DNA from: an uncultured Pseudomonadota bacterium
GTDB taxonomy: Bacteria > Myxococcota_A > Polyangia > Fen-1088
Assembly (NCBI GenBank): GCA_963778795.1
Contig: CAVZVU010000001.1
Coordinates: forward strand, 1,777,574-1,841,573
Direction of reading: 5' to 3'
DNA length: 64,000 nucleotides
Shown here: piece after piece, positions 55,466 through 64,000 of the stretch
Numbering within the stretch: the stretch's first letter is position 1
Layout of the letters: each line of letters starts with the position of its first letter
The notes under the pieces: model-generated
The model's database searches: none
What the model was told of the DNA's origin: nothing
Seen by the model: the letters and a program-made list of their open reading frames with translations, nothing else
Made by a program: the position numbers and the translations under genes

Positions 55466-56737
55466 GCGCGAGGCCTGGTTGAGCATTTTTTCCGGCACGA
55501 ATACGGCCGGCTGGTGGCCATGCTCACGCGTAGGGCTGGCGCGCAGCATGTCGAGCTCGTGGAGGACGCGGTCCAGAGTGCGCTCATGGCAGCGCTCACG
55601 GCCTGGACGGAGCACGGTCTTCCCGAGGATGCCAGCGCCTGGCTGTTTCGGGTCGCCCACAATCAGCTGATCGGAGATCTGCGTCAGAAAGCCGGACGCC
55701 TTCGGCTCCTAGAGCAGGAAGCCGGCGATCTTGCCCTCGATCTTGCTCCCGATCTTGCCGGGGAGGGTGGCCGTTCGTCGGGCCCGTATTTCGCAGACGA
55801 GGTGCGGGACGACATGCTGCGGATGCTCTTCGTTTGCTGCGACGACGCCATTCCCCAGGAATCCCGCCTGGTGCTGGCCCTGAAAACGCTGTGCGGATTC
55901 AGCACGGGGGAAATCGCGCTGCGGCTATTCACCACGGAAGCGAATGTCCACAAACGCCTCGGCCGCGCGCGCGACCGACTGCGCGAGGCCCCGCCCCCGT
56001 CCGACATGGAGACACCGCCGCTTGAAAAGCTGCGGTCCCGACTGCCCAGCGTGCATGCTGTGCTCTACCTCCTCTTCAACGAGGGATACCTTTCTGCGCA
56101 CGCGGAGGAGGCGATCCGGCGCGAGCTGTGCGAAGAGGCCATCCGGCTCGGCACGCTGCTGGCCGAGCATCCTGTCGGCGCGGTTCCCGAGACCTTCGCT
56201 CTTCTCGCCCTCATGCATCTCCACGCGGCCCGACTGGGGGCGCGCCTCGACGAGATGGGGGGCATGCTTCTCCTGGAAGAGCAGGATCGATCGCTTTGGG
56301 ATCGGGAAAGCATGCGCCTCGGGGCGGAATGGTTGGCCCGAGCGGCCAGTGGGGAGGTGTTCTCAAGGTTTCACGCGGAAGCGGGAATCGCCGCCGAGCA
56401 CTGCTTTGCGCCCTCGTTCCGGCAAACCCGATGGAAGGAGATCGCCGACCTCTACTCGCTCCTCGAACGTGTCGCCCCGTCCCCCTTAAACACGCTGAAC
56501 ACGGCGGTAGCGGTCGCCGAGTGGCAGGGGCCAGAGGCAGGGCTCGCCGTACTCCGGGGACTCGCGCCGCCCGCCTGGTTGGTCGGGTCCTATCTCTGGG
56601 ACGCGGTTTTGGGTGACCTTCATCGGCGCTCGGGAAATCTCGAACTTGCCGAGCAACACGGGGAGCGAGCGCTGAGCTCGGCACCGACGGCGGCGGTGCG
56701 GGAGCTTCTTCGGCGCCGACTGGCGATGCCGACGTAG
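55466..56737 (+). CDS. ECF-type RNA polymerase sigma factor with long C-terminal extension (YciI/DGPF-associated type)
   Basis: GLVEHFFRHEYGRLVAMLTRRAGAQHVELVEDAVQSALMAAL...AWLFRVAHNQLIDLRQKA (region 2), ...LKTLCGFSTGEIALRLFTTEANVHKRLGRARDRL (region 4 HTH), then a ~200-aa helical C-terminal domain. The start is uncertain: the frame is open back into the YciI gene, with GTG at 55514 as one option. Confidence 0.7.
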   Translation, partial: ARGLVEHFFRHEYGRLVAMLTRRAGAQHVELVEDAVQSALMAALTAWTEHGLPEDASAWLFRVAHNQLIGDLRQKAGRLRLLEQEAGDLALDLAPDLAGEGGRSSGPYFADEVRDDMLRMLFVCCDDAIPQESRLVLALKTLCGFSTGEIALRLFTTEANVHKRLGRARDRLREAPPPSDMETPPLEKLRSRLPSVHAVLYLLFNEGYLSAHAEEAIRRELCEEAIRLGTLLAEHPVGAVPETFALLALMHLHAARLGARLDEMGGMLLLEEQDRSLWDRESMRLGAEWLARAASGEVFSRFHAEAGIAAEHCFAPSFRQTRWKEIADLYSLLERVAPSPLNTLNTAVAVAEWQGPEAGLAVLRGLAPPAWLVGSYLWDAVLGDLHRRSGNLELAEQHGERALSSAPTAAVRELLRRRLAMPT

Positions 56738-56739
56738 GT

Positions 56740-56884
56740 CGGCGATCTGCTCGTGGCCCAGGCGTACGGAGTTCACCAGCGTGAGCTCACCGTCGCGGCG
56801 CAGAACGGTCATGTTTCGTGGGAAGGCGATGAGCCCGAACGGATCCAGGTGAAACGTTCCGGTCACGACGAACACGTCGGGCAT
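56740..56884 (-). pseudogene. short ORF / gene remnant (first ~48 codons protein-like, then runs into antisense of sigma gene)
   Basis: MPDVFVVTGTFHLDPFGLIAFPRNMTVLRRDGELTLVNSVRLGHEQIADL has protein-like composition; no in-frame stop before overlapping the convergent sigma gene. Confidence 0.25.
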
Positions 56885-56924
56885 GACCTCGATGAGAGGC
56901 CCGTGCGGCAGGGCCGGGGCTAGC

Positions 56925-57746
56925 TTACTGCTTCATGTCGGCGTACTCGCCCATCGCTCGGATGGCGTGTTCGGCGTCGTCACCCGAGAGGCGGCGCTGG
57001 GGGCCGGGCTCGGCGGTGAGAACGGCGTCCCAAACCGAGGGCGCGTCGTCGGCGAGCACGACTTGGGCGTGGTTGACCAAAGCCTCCGCGAGGCGAGGCG
57101 CGTAGCCCTTGCCGGCACGCGCGCGGACCATGGCGACGGCGGCGTCGATGCCGCCCATGTCGCGCATCACGTGCGCGTCGGTGGCGACGTGGGCGGTGGA
57201 CACGGCCAGATCCATCGCGTCGTGCTTGAGGCCGTTCGGCTGGCCGCCGCCGTCCCAGCGCTCGAACATCTGGGTCAGGCCACGCGCGACACCGGGGCCG
57301 AGGTCGAAGCGCTCGGCCAGTTTCTTGCCCACCTCGCAGTGGGTAGGGGTGGCCGAGAAGACCCGGGGGAGATTGGCGAATGCGCGCGCGACGGTTGCGA
57401 CGCGGCGAAGCGGGCGCTGCTTGCGTCCAACCTGCGCGAGCAGCGCGCCCAGGAAGGCGAGGGGAGACCCGTTCGGGAGGTGCGTCAGCCAGGTGCCCGC
57501 ATCCTCGCCAAGCATCAGCCGGCCGACGTCGCCGTCGCCCGTACAACCGACGGTGCGGAGCATCGTGAGGTAGTAGGCGTCCCGGGCTTGCTCCTCTGGT
57601 AGGCCGGCGGCATTGGCCAGGCGCACGGCTACGACGGCCGAGGCGAGGGACTGCTCGAAGGGGGCGCCGTTAGTGAGATCGCTCGCCAGGGACAGGGTTG
57701 CCATGAGCTCGGCGAGACGCGGACCAGGGGTGGGCATGTGAGCGGG
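56925..57746 (-). CDS. HD-GYP-like (degenerate) metal-dependent phosphohydrolase domain protein
   Basis: ...LRTVGCTGDGDVGR...THCEVGKKLAERFDLGPGVARGLTQMFERWDGGGQPNGL resembles the HD-GYP block HHERWDGSGYP, with GQP in place of GYP. Probable start MPAHMPTPGPRLAELMATLSLA. Confidence 0.55.
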   Translation of the reverse strand, partial: PAHMPTPGPRLAELMATLSLASDLTNGAPFEQSLASAVVAVRLANAAGLPEEQARDAYYLTMLRTVGCTGDGDVGRLMLGEDAGTWLTHLPNGSPLAFLGALLAQVGRKQRPLRRVATVARAFANLPRVFSATPTHCEVGKKLAERFDLGPGVARGLTQMFERWDGGGQPNGLKHDAMDLAVSTAHVATDAHVMRDMGGIDAAVAMVRARAGKGYAPRLAEALVNHAQVVLADDAPSVWDAVLTAEPGPQRRLSGDDAEHAIRAMGEYADMKQ

Positions 57747-57804
57747 CATTTCAACACAGAAGGCCCTCCGCACCGAGTGGGAGGGGAGACTCGGGCGGCG
57801 CGTT

Positions 57805-58227
57805 TCAGAGCTGCGTGAGCGACAGCGTGTTGCCGTCCGGGTCCTTGAACCAGGCCACGTGTGCTCCACTTGGGGAACGCCAAATTCCGCGAGCGTCCTG
57901 GCCCATCCCGGGAAACCTCTCGAACTGGATGCCGCGTTCGCTGAGCTCCTCTACCGTCGGGCCGATGTCAGGAATCTCCCAGCCCAGAGCCGTGAACGAG
58001 TGCGGCGTGAACTCTGCGACCTTTTGAATGCGAAGCATCGTTCCGTTCGCATCGACAGCGATCGCATAGTCGTCCTCCGAGATGACCCTCAAACCGAGGA
58101 TCTTCTCGTAGAATTCACGAGCGCGTGCTCCGTCCCGAGTGGCTATGAACGCCATGAGCCTGTTTGTCCTGAACATGGAGACTCCGTCGTTTGCTCTGCG
58201 TACGATCGACATCGCCGCGAGAGTCAC
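57805..58227 (-). CDS. VOC/glyoxalase-family protein
   Basis: MFRTNRLMAFIATRDGARAREFYEKILGL...FKDPDGNTLSLTQL. 4-nt overlap with the upstream phosphoesterase gene. Confidence 0.7.
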   Translation of the reverse strand: MTLAAMSIVRRANDGVSMFRTNRLMAFIATRDGARAREFYEKILGLRVISEDDYAIAVDANGTMLRIQKVAEFTPHSFTALGWEIPDIGPTVEELSERGIQFERFPGMGQDARGIWRSPSGAHVAWFKDPDGNTLSLTQL

Positions 58228-58952
58228 GATTTGTACTGCTGGAGCAAGTACCCCTGAAGCGGGTTATCCCAGCCCTCGACTTCTGCGATCAACCTCTCGC
58301 GGTCAACTGGCACGCGGTGGAGCGTCACATCGACTGATCCCCTCACCGTCTCGACGGTCGCGTATTCGGCATGCGCCAGAATCCGCGGCGGCCCTCCCAA
58401 CACGTACGTTTCGAACGGAAGTCCCAAGCTGCCGGGGTTCACCAGGAGAGTGCCGCGATGTTGCCGGAGCATCTGAATGTGCGTGTGCCCTCCAGCCATC
58501 ACCGTCGCGCGGTGCTCGCCAAGCGCCTGATCGAGAGCGTCCGCGCCTGTCGTCGCCAGTAGATCCTCCATGTGCGAGCGCGGCGATCCGTGGAAGAGGC
58601 CTAGCGTCGCTCCGTCCATCTCGAGGTCCAGGGTGGCCTGGAACGTCTGCAGGAAATCCAGCTCCGCCGACCCGAGAGCGGCCCGACAGGCAGCGACGGC
58701 CGCCACGATGACCGGAGTCTCCGTGTATCGATGGATCAGATCCGGGTCCAACAGGAAGGCATCGTGGTTGCCGAGAATGCAAGCGCATCCGAGTTCCGCG
58801 AGCGTCTCTATGACTTGTTTTGGGGCCGGACCCAGCGTCGCGACGTCGCCGAGACAGACGATCCGATCAACGCGCGCCTGGCCTATGTGATCCAGAACCG
58901 CGCGTAGCGCCACGATGTTGCCGTGGAGATCGGAGATCAGAGCGGTCCGCAT
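58224..58952 (-). CDS. metallophosphoesterase (YfcE/MPP family)
   Basis: MRTALISDLHGNIVALRAVLDHI...RIVCLGDVATLGP...ILGNHD...GGHTHIQ. 242 aa, intact. Confidence 0.8.
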   Translation of the reverse strand: MRTALISDLHGNIVALRAVLDHIGQARVDRIVCLGDVATLGPAPKQVIETLAELGCACILGNHDAFLLDPDLIHRYTETPVIVAAVAACRAALGSAELDFLQTFQATLDLEMDGATLGLFHGSPRSHMEDLLATTGADALDQALGEHRATVMAGGHTHIQMLRQHRGTLLVNPGSLGLPFETYVLGGPPRILAHAEYATVETVRGSVDVTLHRVPVDRERLIAEVEGWDNPLQGYLLQQYKS

Positions 58953-58963
58953 CGAGGCCGACC

Positions 58964-59062
58964 TCAGCAGGCGGAGGGGACCGGCAGGAACTCGAGATCG
59001 GACAGCACCTGCCAGACCTTCGACGCGGAGGCATCGATACAGACGGACCGTGAGGTCGTGAA
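58964..59062 (-). pseudogene. SRPBCC N-terminal fragment (33 codons then stop)
   Basis: MFTTSRSVCIDASASKVWQVLSDLEFLPVPSAC mirrors the N-terminus of SRPBCC copy 1 (..IRIDAPPEKVWSVLAALD) and terminates at 58964. Confidence 0.45.
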
Positions 59063-59116
59063 CATGGTCTCCGTTCGCTCCGAGGTTTCGCGGGAGTCTG
59101 TCAGATATCGATCCTT

Positions 59117-59340
59117 TTGCACACGGGGCACGGGGCCGGCCACCGATCGGTGGCCGGGCGCCGTTTCGATCCGTTGAAGCGCGCGATCACCGCTTCGCCC
59201 TCGGAGCTCGTCTTCCCGGACGAGGACGGGAACATGCGCCCGAAGCACACCGCGCTCGAGGACGTTCTCCGGCGCGCGATGCGCAGAGCTGGGATCGTCA
59301 CCGGCTACGTCCACAAGTGCCGGCGTCAAGGCTGCCACCG
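59117..59340 (+). pseudogene. tyrosine recombinase / phage-integrase C-terminal fragment
   Basis: FDPLKRAITASPSELVFPDEDGNMRPKHTALEDVLRRAMRRAGIVTGYVHKCRRQG. The block LVFP....G......L......A...AGI is the conserved pattern preceding the catalytic region of tyrosine recombinases. There is no upstream catalytic core and the ORF decays afterwards. Confidence 0.45.
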
Positions 59341-59435
59341 TAGACAACCCTGCGCAGTCCTTACATGCCGATGGTGCCCGACGCGCAACATGAAGCTCTT
59401 GACGGCTCGCACGAGGAACGCAGGTTTGAGCACCA

Positions 59436-60773
59436 CATGACGACGAGGATGGCGGTGGGGGCATGGGGAGGCTGCTTCGCGGCTATCGTTCTGGCTGCGG
59501 GCTGCGGGCGAGCCGCGGTGGGCGGCGAGACTCCAAGGGCTCCGGACAGGGCCGCGCCCGGCTTTTCGTTCGCCGTGTACGGCGACTCGCGCACGATGAT
59601 GGTCCTTCCCGACAAAGCGGATCAGGAAGCCGAGGCGCGCAAGCTGATGGTGGATGTGTTCACGATTTCGCTTCCCGAGAAGGCCGCCGGAGAGATGGTC
59701 AAGAAGCACGTCAAGCTCACCTATGACCCGGCGACGAAGGAGCTGGCCGGGATGGTCATGCCGTACATGACGGCCAGCGAGGTGACCACGTTGACGTTCG
59801 ACAAGGGCTGGGTTACGCAGGCCTCGGTCGAGGACATCAAGCTCCTGCCAGGAGTGCATCGCACGATGTACCGCTCGGAAGGCGGCGCGTGGGTCGCGCG
59901 CGAAGTGGTGAAGGAGGTTCAGCGAGGACGAGCCGAGTTCGTGCTCCACACCGGGGACCTGGTGTGGTGGGGCAAGCAGGGCGCAACGCCGTCAGAGAAT
60001 CCGTACTGGAAGAAAGTGAGCGACGAGGTCCTCAAGCAGTTACCGCCGCCCGACGCCCAGATGCGAGCTGCCGGGTTGCCGGGCCGCATGTTCCCGGCGG
60101 CTGGAAATCACGAGGTCTGGGACGACGCCGGCGCCCAGGGCTTTCTCGCCGCCTTCCCCTATTTGAAGGCGCTCGGGATCTCGGCCGAAAGGCTCATCTA
60201 CAAGTTCGACTATCGCGGCGCCCGCTTCATCTTCTTGTGGACCGGAAAGTACCAGGAGAAGGCGCCCACAGGGTGGACCGCCGCTGAGCCGAACTACGAA
60301 GAACAAATGAAGCAATTGCGGCAGTGGCTGAATGAAGCCAGGGCCGAGGGGACGCGAAAGGTCTTCGTCACCTTCCACACGGCCGTTTTTTCGCGATCTG
60401 GCATGGGCGGCATCCCGGAGTCCCAGAATCCCCACAAGCTTCTCGCTTCGTACGCGAAGGACCTGGATATCGTCGTTTTGAACGGGCACGTGCACACGAC
60501 CGAGCTCTACGACGTCGACGGCGTGAAGTACATGGTGCTGGGTGGCGGCGGCGCGGAGCAGGACCCGATCCTCCCGGGTCGCACGCAGCTCGACCTCCCT
60601 GCGGAATACCCGCGGAACCAGTACTGGAAGGGCGAGAACCCGCGCGAGGAGTACAACTACGTCCTCGTCGACGTTCAGCCCCGACAACCGAGCAGAAGTT
60701 CACACTCAACCGCTTCCGGCCACAGACCGCCGAGCCGTTCACGACGTTGGAGCTCAAAAGCTCGACGAAGTGA
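59436..60773 (+). CDS. calcineurin-like metallophosphoesterase lipoprotein; frameshift near 60690
   Basis: MTTRMAVGAWGGCFAAIVLAAGC (lipobox), FAVYGDSR, HTGDLVWWG, AAGNHEVWDD, VTFHTAVF, LNGHVHTTE, VLGGGGAE. Confidence 0.7.
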
Positions 60774-61354
60774 GTGAGCCCCATCGGGAAATCGAGGCGG
60801 GTCGGCGCCGGGTCGCTCAGTCAGACGACTCGGCGGTGGCCCGATACTTCATGACGGCCACCAACCTGGGACACGCGTCCTGGAGCTCGCGGGATTCGAA
60901 GAGCCGCGGGGGTAACGAGCTGCGGAGGACGCGCTCGAACCCGAACCCGGGAAAGGTACCTGCGCTGGCGACAATCCGACTACCGTCATCAACCACGAAG
61001 AACGAATGGAAGTGATCGGCAACTCCTTCGGTTGGGAGCTTCGCCTCCGACAGGCCGACGCCCTACTTGGTGGTACGGAACGACGTCCGACAAATGGAGC
61101 CAGGGGCGCGCCGCGGAATCGAGGAGGCCGACGGGTGACGCCTCATGAGGGGCCGACCTGAAACGCGCGTCCTGGGAGCCCCACCTCGACCAGCCGGTTG
61201 CGGGCGACTGGACGAGCATTTGCAGCCTAATTGGGAGATCCGATGCCCGCGGTGCCGGCCAACATGATGGGGACCGGTAATCGATGATTCGCGCGGGCCG
61301 TTTGTGTTGCGTCGCCGGCGCCGCAGGCGCGTTGACCTGATAGAAGGAAGCGCA

Positions 61355-62878
61355 TGGAGGGTCTTCTCAACGAGCCCGACCGTCGGGAGCGGCCGAGCGA
61401 ACGAGCGATGGACGCTGCGCTCAGCGGTTCGCGTCGCGATGGACGCGGCCGGCATGGGGATCTTCGAGCTCCGTGATGATCAGAGCGAACTTCAGTGGTC
61501 CGATCGCACGAGGGCCCTGTTTGGCTACGCTCCCGGAACCCAGGTGACGCGCGAGCTCTGGCTCGCGCGTATTCATCCAGAGGATCGCTCGCGGGCGGAC
61601 GAGCTCGCGCGGCAGTGCATCGCCGATGGCGGCGAGTATCGGGACGAGTACCGGATTGTCGATCCGGCCGGCGGGGTACGCTGGGTGAGCGCGCGAGGCC
61701 GGGCGCGTCATCGCAGACGCGGATGGAGAGCGGCGTATCACGCTCACGGGTATCGCGTGGGAGGTCACCGAGCGGCGCGAAAGCGAGGCGCCGTTCCGGC
61801 TCCTCGCGGACACCGCGCCGGTGATGGTGTGGAGAGCGAGCACCGATCTGCTCGTGCGACTTCTTCAACAAGCCCTGGCTCGAGTTCACGGGCCGCTCTC
61901 TGGATCAGGAGCTGGGCAATGGATGGACCGAAGGTGTTCATCCGGAGGACTTCCAGCGATGCCTCGACACCTATCTGTCCGCCGCCCGCGCCCGCCAGCG
62001 CTTCACGATGGAATACCGTCTCCGGCGCGCCGACGGCGAGTATCGCTGGATCCTCGACAACGGCGTTCCCATTGCACGGCGCCGACGGCACATTTTCGGG
62101 CTATGTCGGCTCGTGCATCGACATCACCGCGCTCAAGGGCGCCGAGGCCGAGCACCTGGCGCTCGCCAGGGCCGAAGCCGGCGTCGAGGCGCGCGATGAT
62201 TTCCTGGGTATCGTGACGCACGACATCCGCGGACCACTGAGCGCAGCCAGCCTAGGCGCCACGACCATCGACCTTTTGGCGCCGCAGGGGGAGGAAGGCG
62301 CGGCGTTGCGGCAGGCGGCCGGCCGAATCCAGCGCGCGTGCGCGAGCATCAGCGCTCTCGTCAACGACCTGCTCGATAGCGCGTCGATCCAGGCGGGCAA
62401 GGTGTCGTTGAGCCTCCAGCCGCTGGACGCCACGACACTGGTAGACGAAGCGGTGGAGATGTTTCGGCCCATCGCCGCGGAGAAGTCGATCGCGCTCACC
62501 GGCGACGTGGTCGCGCAGGCGATCGTGCGGTGCGACCGGAATCGCCTCGCCCAGGTCTTTTCGAACCTGATCTCGAATGCCTTGAAGTTCACGGCTGCGG
62601 GCGGAGCGATTCGCGTGCAGGCGTCGTCGCCTGAGCAGTCTGGCCGCGACGAGATCTGTTTTTCGGTGAGCGACACCGGTTCCGGCATCCCCGCGGACCA
62701 CCTCGGTCGGGTCTTCGATCGGTTCTTTCAAGGCGCAGCACTTGGACGCGCCGGCGCGGGCCTCGGCCTCTACATCGCACGCGGGATCGTCGAAGCGCAC
62801 GGAGGGCGCATCTGGGTCGAGAGCGAGGTGGGACGGGGAACGACCTTCTCCTTCGCGCTCCCCGTCGACGATAGTTGA
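61355..62878 (+). CDS. sensor histidine kinase with two PAS domains; frameshifted (~61400, ~61700, ~61900)
   Basis: PAS1 [28 protein letters not shown]...IHPEDR...[20 protein letters not shown]2 (other frame) [14 protein letters not shown]...[34 protein letters not shown]...[22 protein letters not shown]. HisKA H-box [11 protein letters not shown]. HATPase ...[10 protein letters not shown]...SDTGSGI...[32 protein letters not shown]. Confidence 0.8.
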   Translation, partial: WRVFSTSPTVGSGRANERWTLRSAVRVAMDAAGMGIFELRDDQSELQWSDRTRALFGYAPGTQVTRELWLARIHPEDRSRADELARQCIADGGEYRDEYRIVDPAGGVRWVSARGRARHRRRGWRAAYHAHGYRVGGHRAARKRGAVPAPRGHRAGDGVESEHRSARATSSTSPGSSSRAALWIRSWAMDGPKVFIRRTSSDASTPICPPPAPASASRWNTVSGAPTASIAGSSTTAFPLHGADGTFSGYVGSCIDITALKGAEAEHLALARAEAGVEARDDFLGIVTHDIRGPLSAASLGATTIDLLAPQGEEGAALRQAAGRIQRACASISALVNDLLDSASIQAGKVSLSLQPLDATTLVDEAVEMFRPIAAEKSIALTGDVVAQAIVRCDRNRLAQVFSNLISNALKFTAAGGAIRVQASSPEQSGRDEICFSVSDTGSGIPADHLGRVFDRFFQGAALGRAGAGLGLYIARGIVEAHGGRIWVESEVGRGTTFSFALPVDDS

Positions 62879-62895
62879 GCACAGAGGGCTCTGCT

Positions 62896-63357
62896 CTAGC
62901 CCTCAATCTCGGCGCGGTTCGCCGAGAGCAAGCGCGCAATGAAGTCGGTCACGGCGCGAACGCGGGGCGTCTTGGTGGTCTCCGAGTGCGTGACCAAGAA
63001 GGAATCGCATCGCGAGAATCCCAAGCTGGTAACCCGGGCTAGCGCCTTCTCAGATCCCCAGCAAGCACAAGGTGCGGCGCACAGTCCGAGCCCTGCCGTC
63101 GCCGCACCCGCGAGCGCCTCGGGATCGTTGGCCCGGAACGCGATGCGCCCCCCGTGCGATGCGTCCCGCATCCACTCGAAGCCTGGCATCCCTCCGAGGG
63201 TCTCGTACACGAGGACGTCGTGTCCTTCGAGGGCATCGCGAGAGCGAGGCAGGCGTCCCGCCGGAGCGCCGGCCCCAGCCGCCTCGAGGCGCCGCAGGAC
63301 CTCCGCGTACTTCTGGTCGTTCATGCCTGTGGGAGCGAAGTGGACGATGAGTGCCAT
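62896..63357 (-). pseudogene. LysR-family substrate-binding-domain C-terminal fragment (no HTH)
   Basis: Hand translation: ...GGRIAFRANDPEALAGAATAGLGLCAAPCACWGSEKALARVTSLGFSRCDSFLVTHSETTKTPRVRAVTDFIARLLSANRAEIEG matches the LysR C-terminal pattern (G.R.AFR.ND..AL..A...GLG...LP......G.LV.V......F.V.H......P.VRA..DFI..L). The 154-aa ORF cannot extend further because the HxlR gene begins at 63535. Confidence 0.5.
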
Positions 63358-63534
63358 GGGTCTTTTCCTTTCGGGAAGCGCCGTGCTTCCACCTGAAAGG
63401 AATACGCGCGTCCGGCGCGTCGGCAGACACCGAATGCGAGACCCGAGGGGTACGAAAATCGTAACGGTGTGGAAGGTGCTTGCTTTTCGCAAGTCGCCCG
63501 GACAGTCTACTTGTGAAACGCAAGTGGAGAGAGC

Positions 63535-63990
63535 ATGAGACCCCGTCATCGGAGATCGGACTGTCCCGTTCACTTCGCGCTCGAGGTCTTCGGCGACCCG
63601 TGGACGCTGCTCATCGTTCGTGACCTCATGTTCAAAGACCGGACCACGTACACCGAGTTCCTGCGCGCGGAGGAGGGGATCGCGACCAACATCCTCGCCG
63701 ACCGCCTGGTGCGGTTGGAACAGGACGGGATCGTCGCCAAGGATGCGGCAATAGCCGGCGGTGGATATCGCCTGACCGCAAAGGGGATCGATCTGCTCCC
63801 GATCCTTCTCGAGATCATTTCCTGGAGCGCGAAGCACGACCAGCGGACGGCCGCCGATCGCGCATTCGTCCGCCGGTTTCGCTCCGCCGAGGAGGCCTTC
63901 GCCCGGAAGCTGCGGGCGGAGCTGGAAGGCCGCCACCTGCGGCCGGGATCGGCCCGGCGCGGCGAGAAGCGAATGGAGGTGCCGTCATGA
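63535..63990 (+). CDS. HxlR-family transcriptional regulator, copy 2 (~75% aa identity to copy 1)
   Basis: MRPRHRRSDCPVHFALEVFGDPWTLLIVRDLMFKDRTTYTEFLRAEEGIATNILADRLVRLEQDGIVAKD... preceded by the same paired ACTTG..CAAGT inverted repeats. Confidence 0.8.
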   Translation: MRPRHRRSDCPVHFALEVFGDPWTLLIVRDLMFKDRTTYTEFLRAEEGIATNILADRLVRLEQDGIVAKDAAIAGGGYRLTAKGIDLLPILLEIISWSAKHDQRTAADRAFVRRFRSAEEAFARKLRAELEGRHLRPGSARRGEKRMEVPS

Positions 63991-64000
63991 CCGTGCTCGA
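63987..64000 (+). CDS. SRPBCC protein copy 2, first codons only (MTVLE...) at the window edge
   Basis: ATGACCGTGCTCGA overlaps the HxlR stop exactly as at 51186 (ATGA), encoding MTVLE. Confidence 0.5.

Noticed and set aside
60780-61350. Possible small gene (minus strand ~60780-60990, FHSFFVVDDGSRIVASAGTFPG…)
   Set aside because: Protein-like for ~65 codons but no start, no family and high indel noise; could be another remnant, so not called.

Overview
High-GC (~70%) bacterial window, most consistent with a Myxococcota-type genome: Ser/Thr kinases with PEGA domains, a giant choice-of-anchor-D repeat lipoprotein, a MYXO-CTERM-like sorting tail and many lipoproteins. The window falls into three blocks.

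1. 0–32.4 kb is a PUL-like carbohydrate locus. Its enzymes cover complete xyloglucan saccharification: two tandem GH74 xyloglucanases, a GH31 alpha-xylosidase-like enzyme with a PA14 insert, a GH29 fucosidase with an F5/8-C domain, a GH2 and a GH3, a clan GH-A beta-galactosidase-like enzyme, and an SGNH esterase. Uptake and surface components sit alongside: a CUT2-type ABC transporter (two-NBD ATPase, permease, lipoprotein binding protein), an SSS Na+/solute symporter with a DUF3311-like partner, a cytochrome c lipoprotein, two paralogous porin-like OM beta-barrels and three paralogous CBM-like lipoproteins.

2. 32.5–48.1 kb is a signalling and surface block. It holds a 1102-aa PknK-like Ser/Thr kinase–P-loop NTPase fusion flanked by an unusual inverted array of 20–30-bp repeats, an MFS transporter, a small OM barrel, an STK with TM+PEGA, a TPR+PEGA protein, and a ~2,150-aa choice-of-anchor-D tandem-repeat lipoprotein.

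3. 48.5–64 kb is a mosaic of small regulators and remnants. It contains TetR with two textbook palindromic operators, a diverged duplicated HxlR–SRPBCC module with conserved inverted-repeat operators, and an ECF sigma with a YciI/DGPF partner. It also carries a P-type ATPase, a PAS histidine kinase and hydrolases, plus remnants (integrase fragment, SRPBCC fragment, LysR C-terminal fragment, TfoX-N-like fragment).

A family of palindromic MITE/REP-like elements (GGGTGAGGG / GTTCAGTTAAG motifs) sits between convergent genes, including a ~590-bp nested palindrome.

Caveat: most long genes are broken by single-base frameshifts (dozens across the window), so every CDS boundary below is approximate. 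Whether this is assembly indel error or pseudogenisation cannot be decided from sequence alone.
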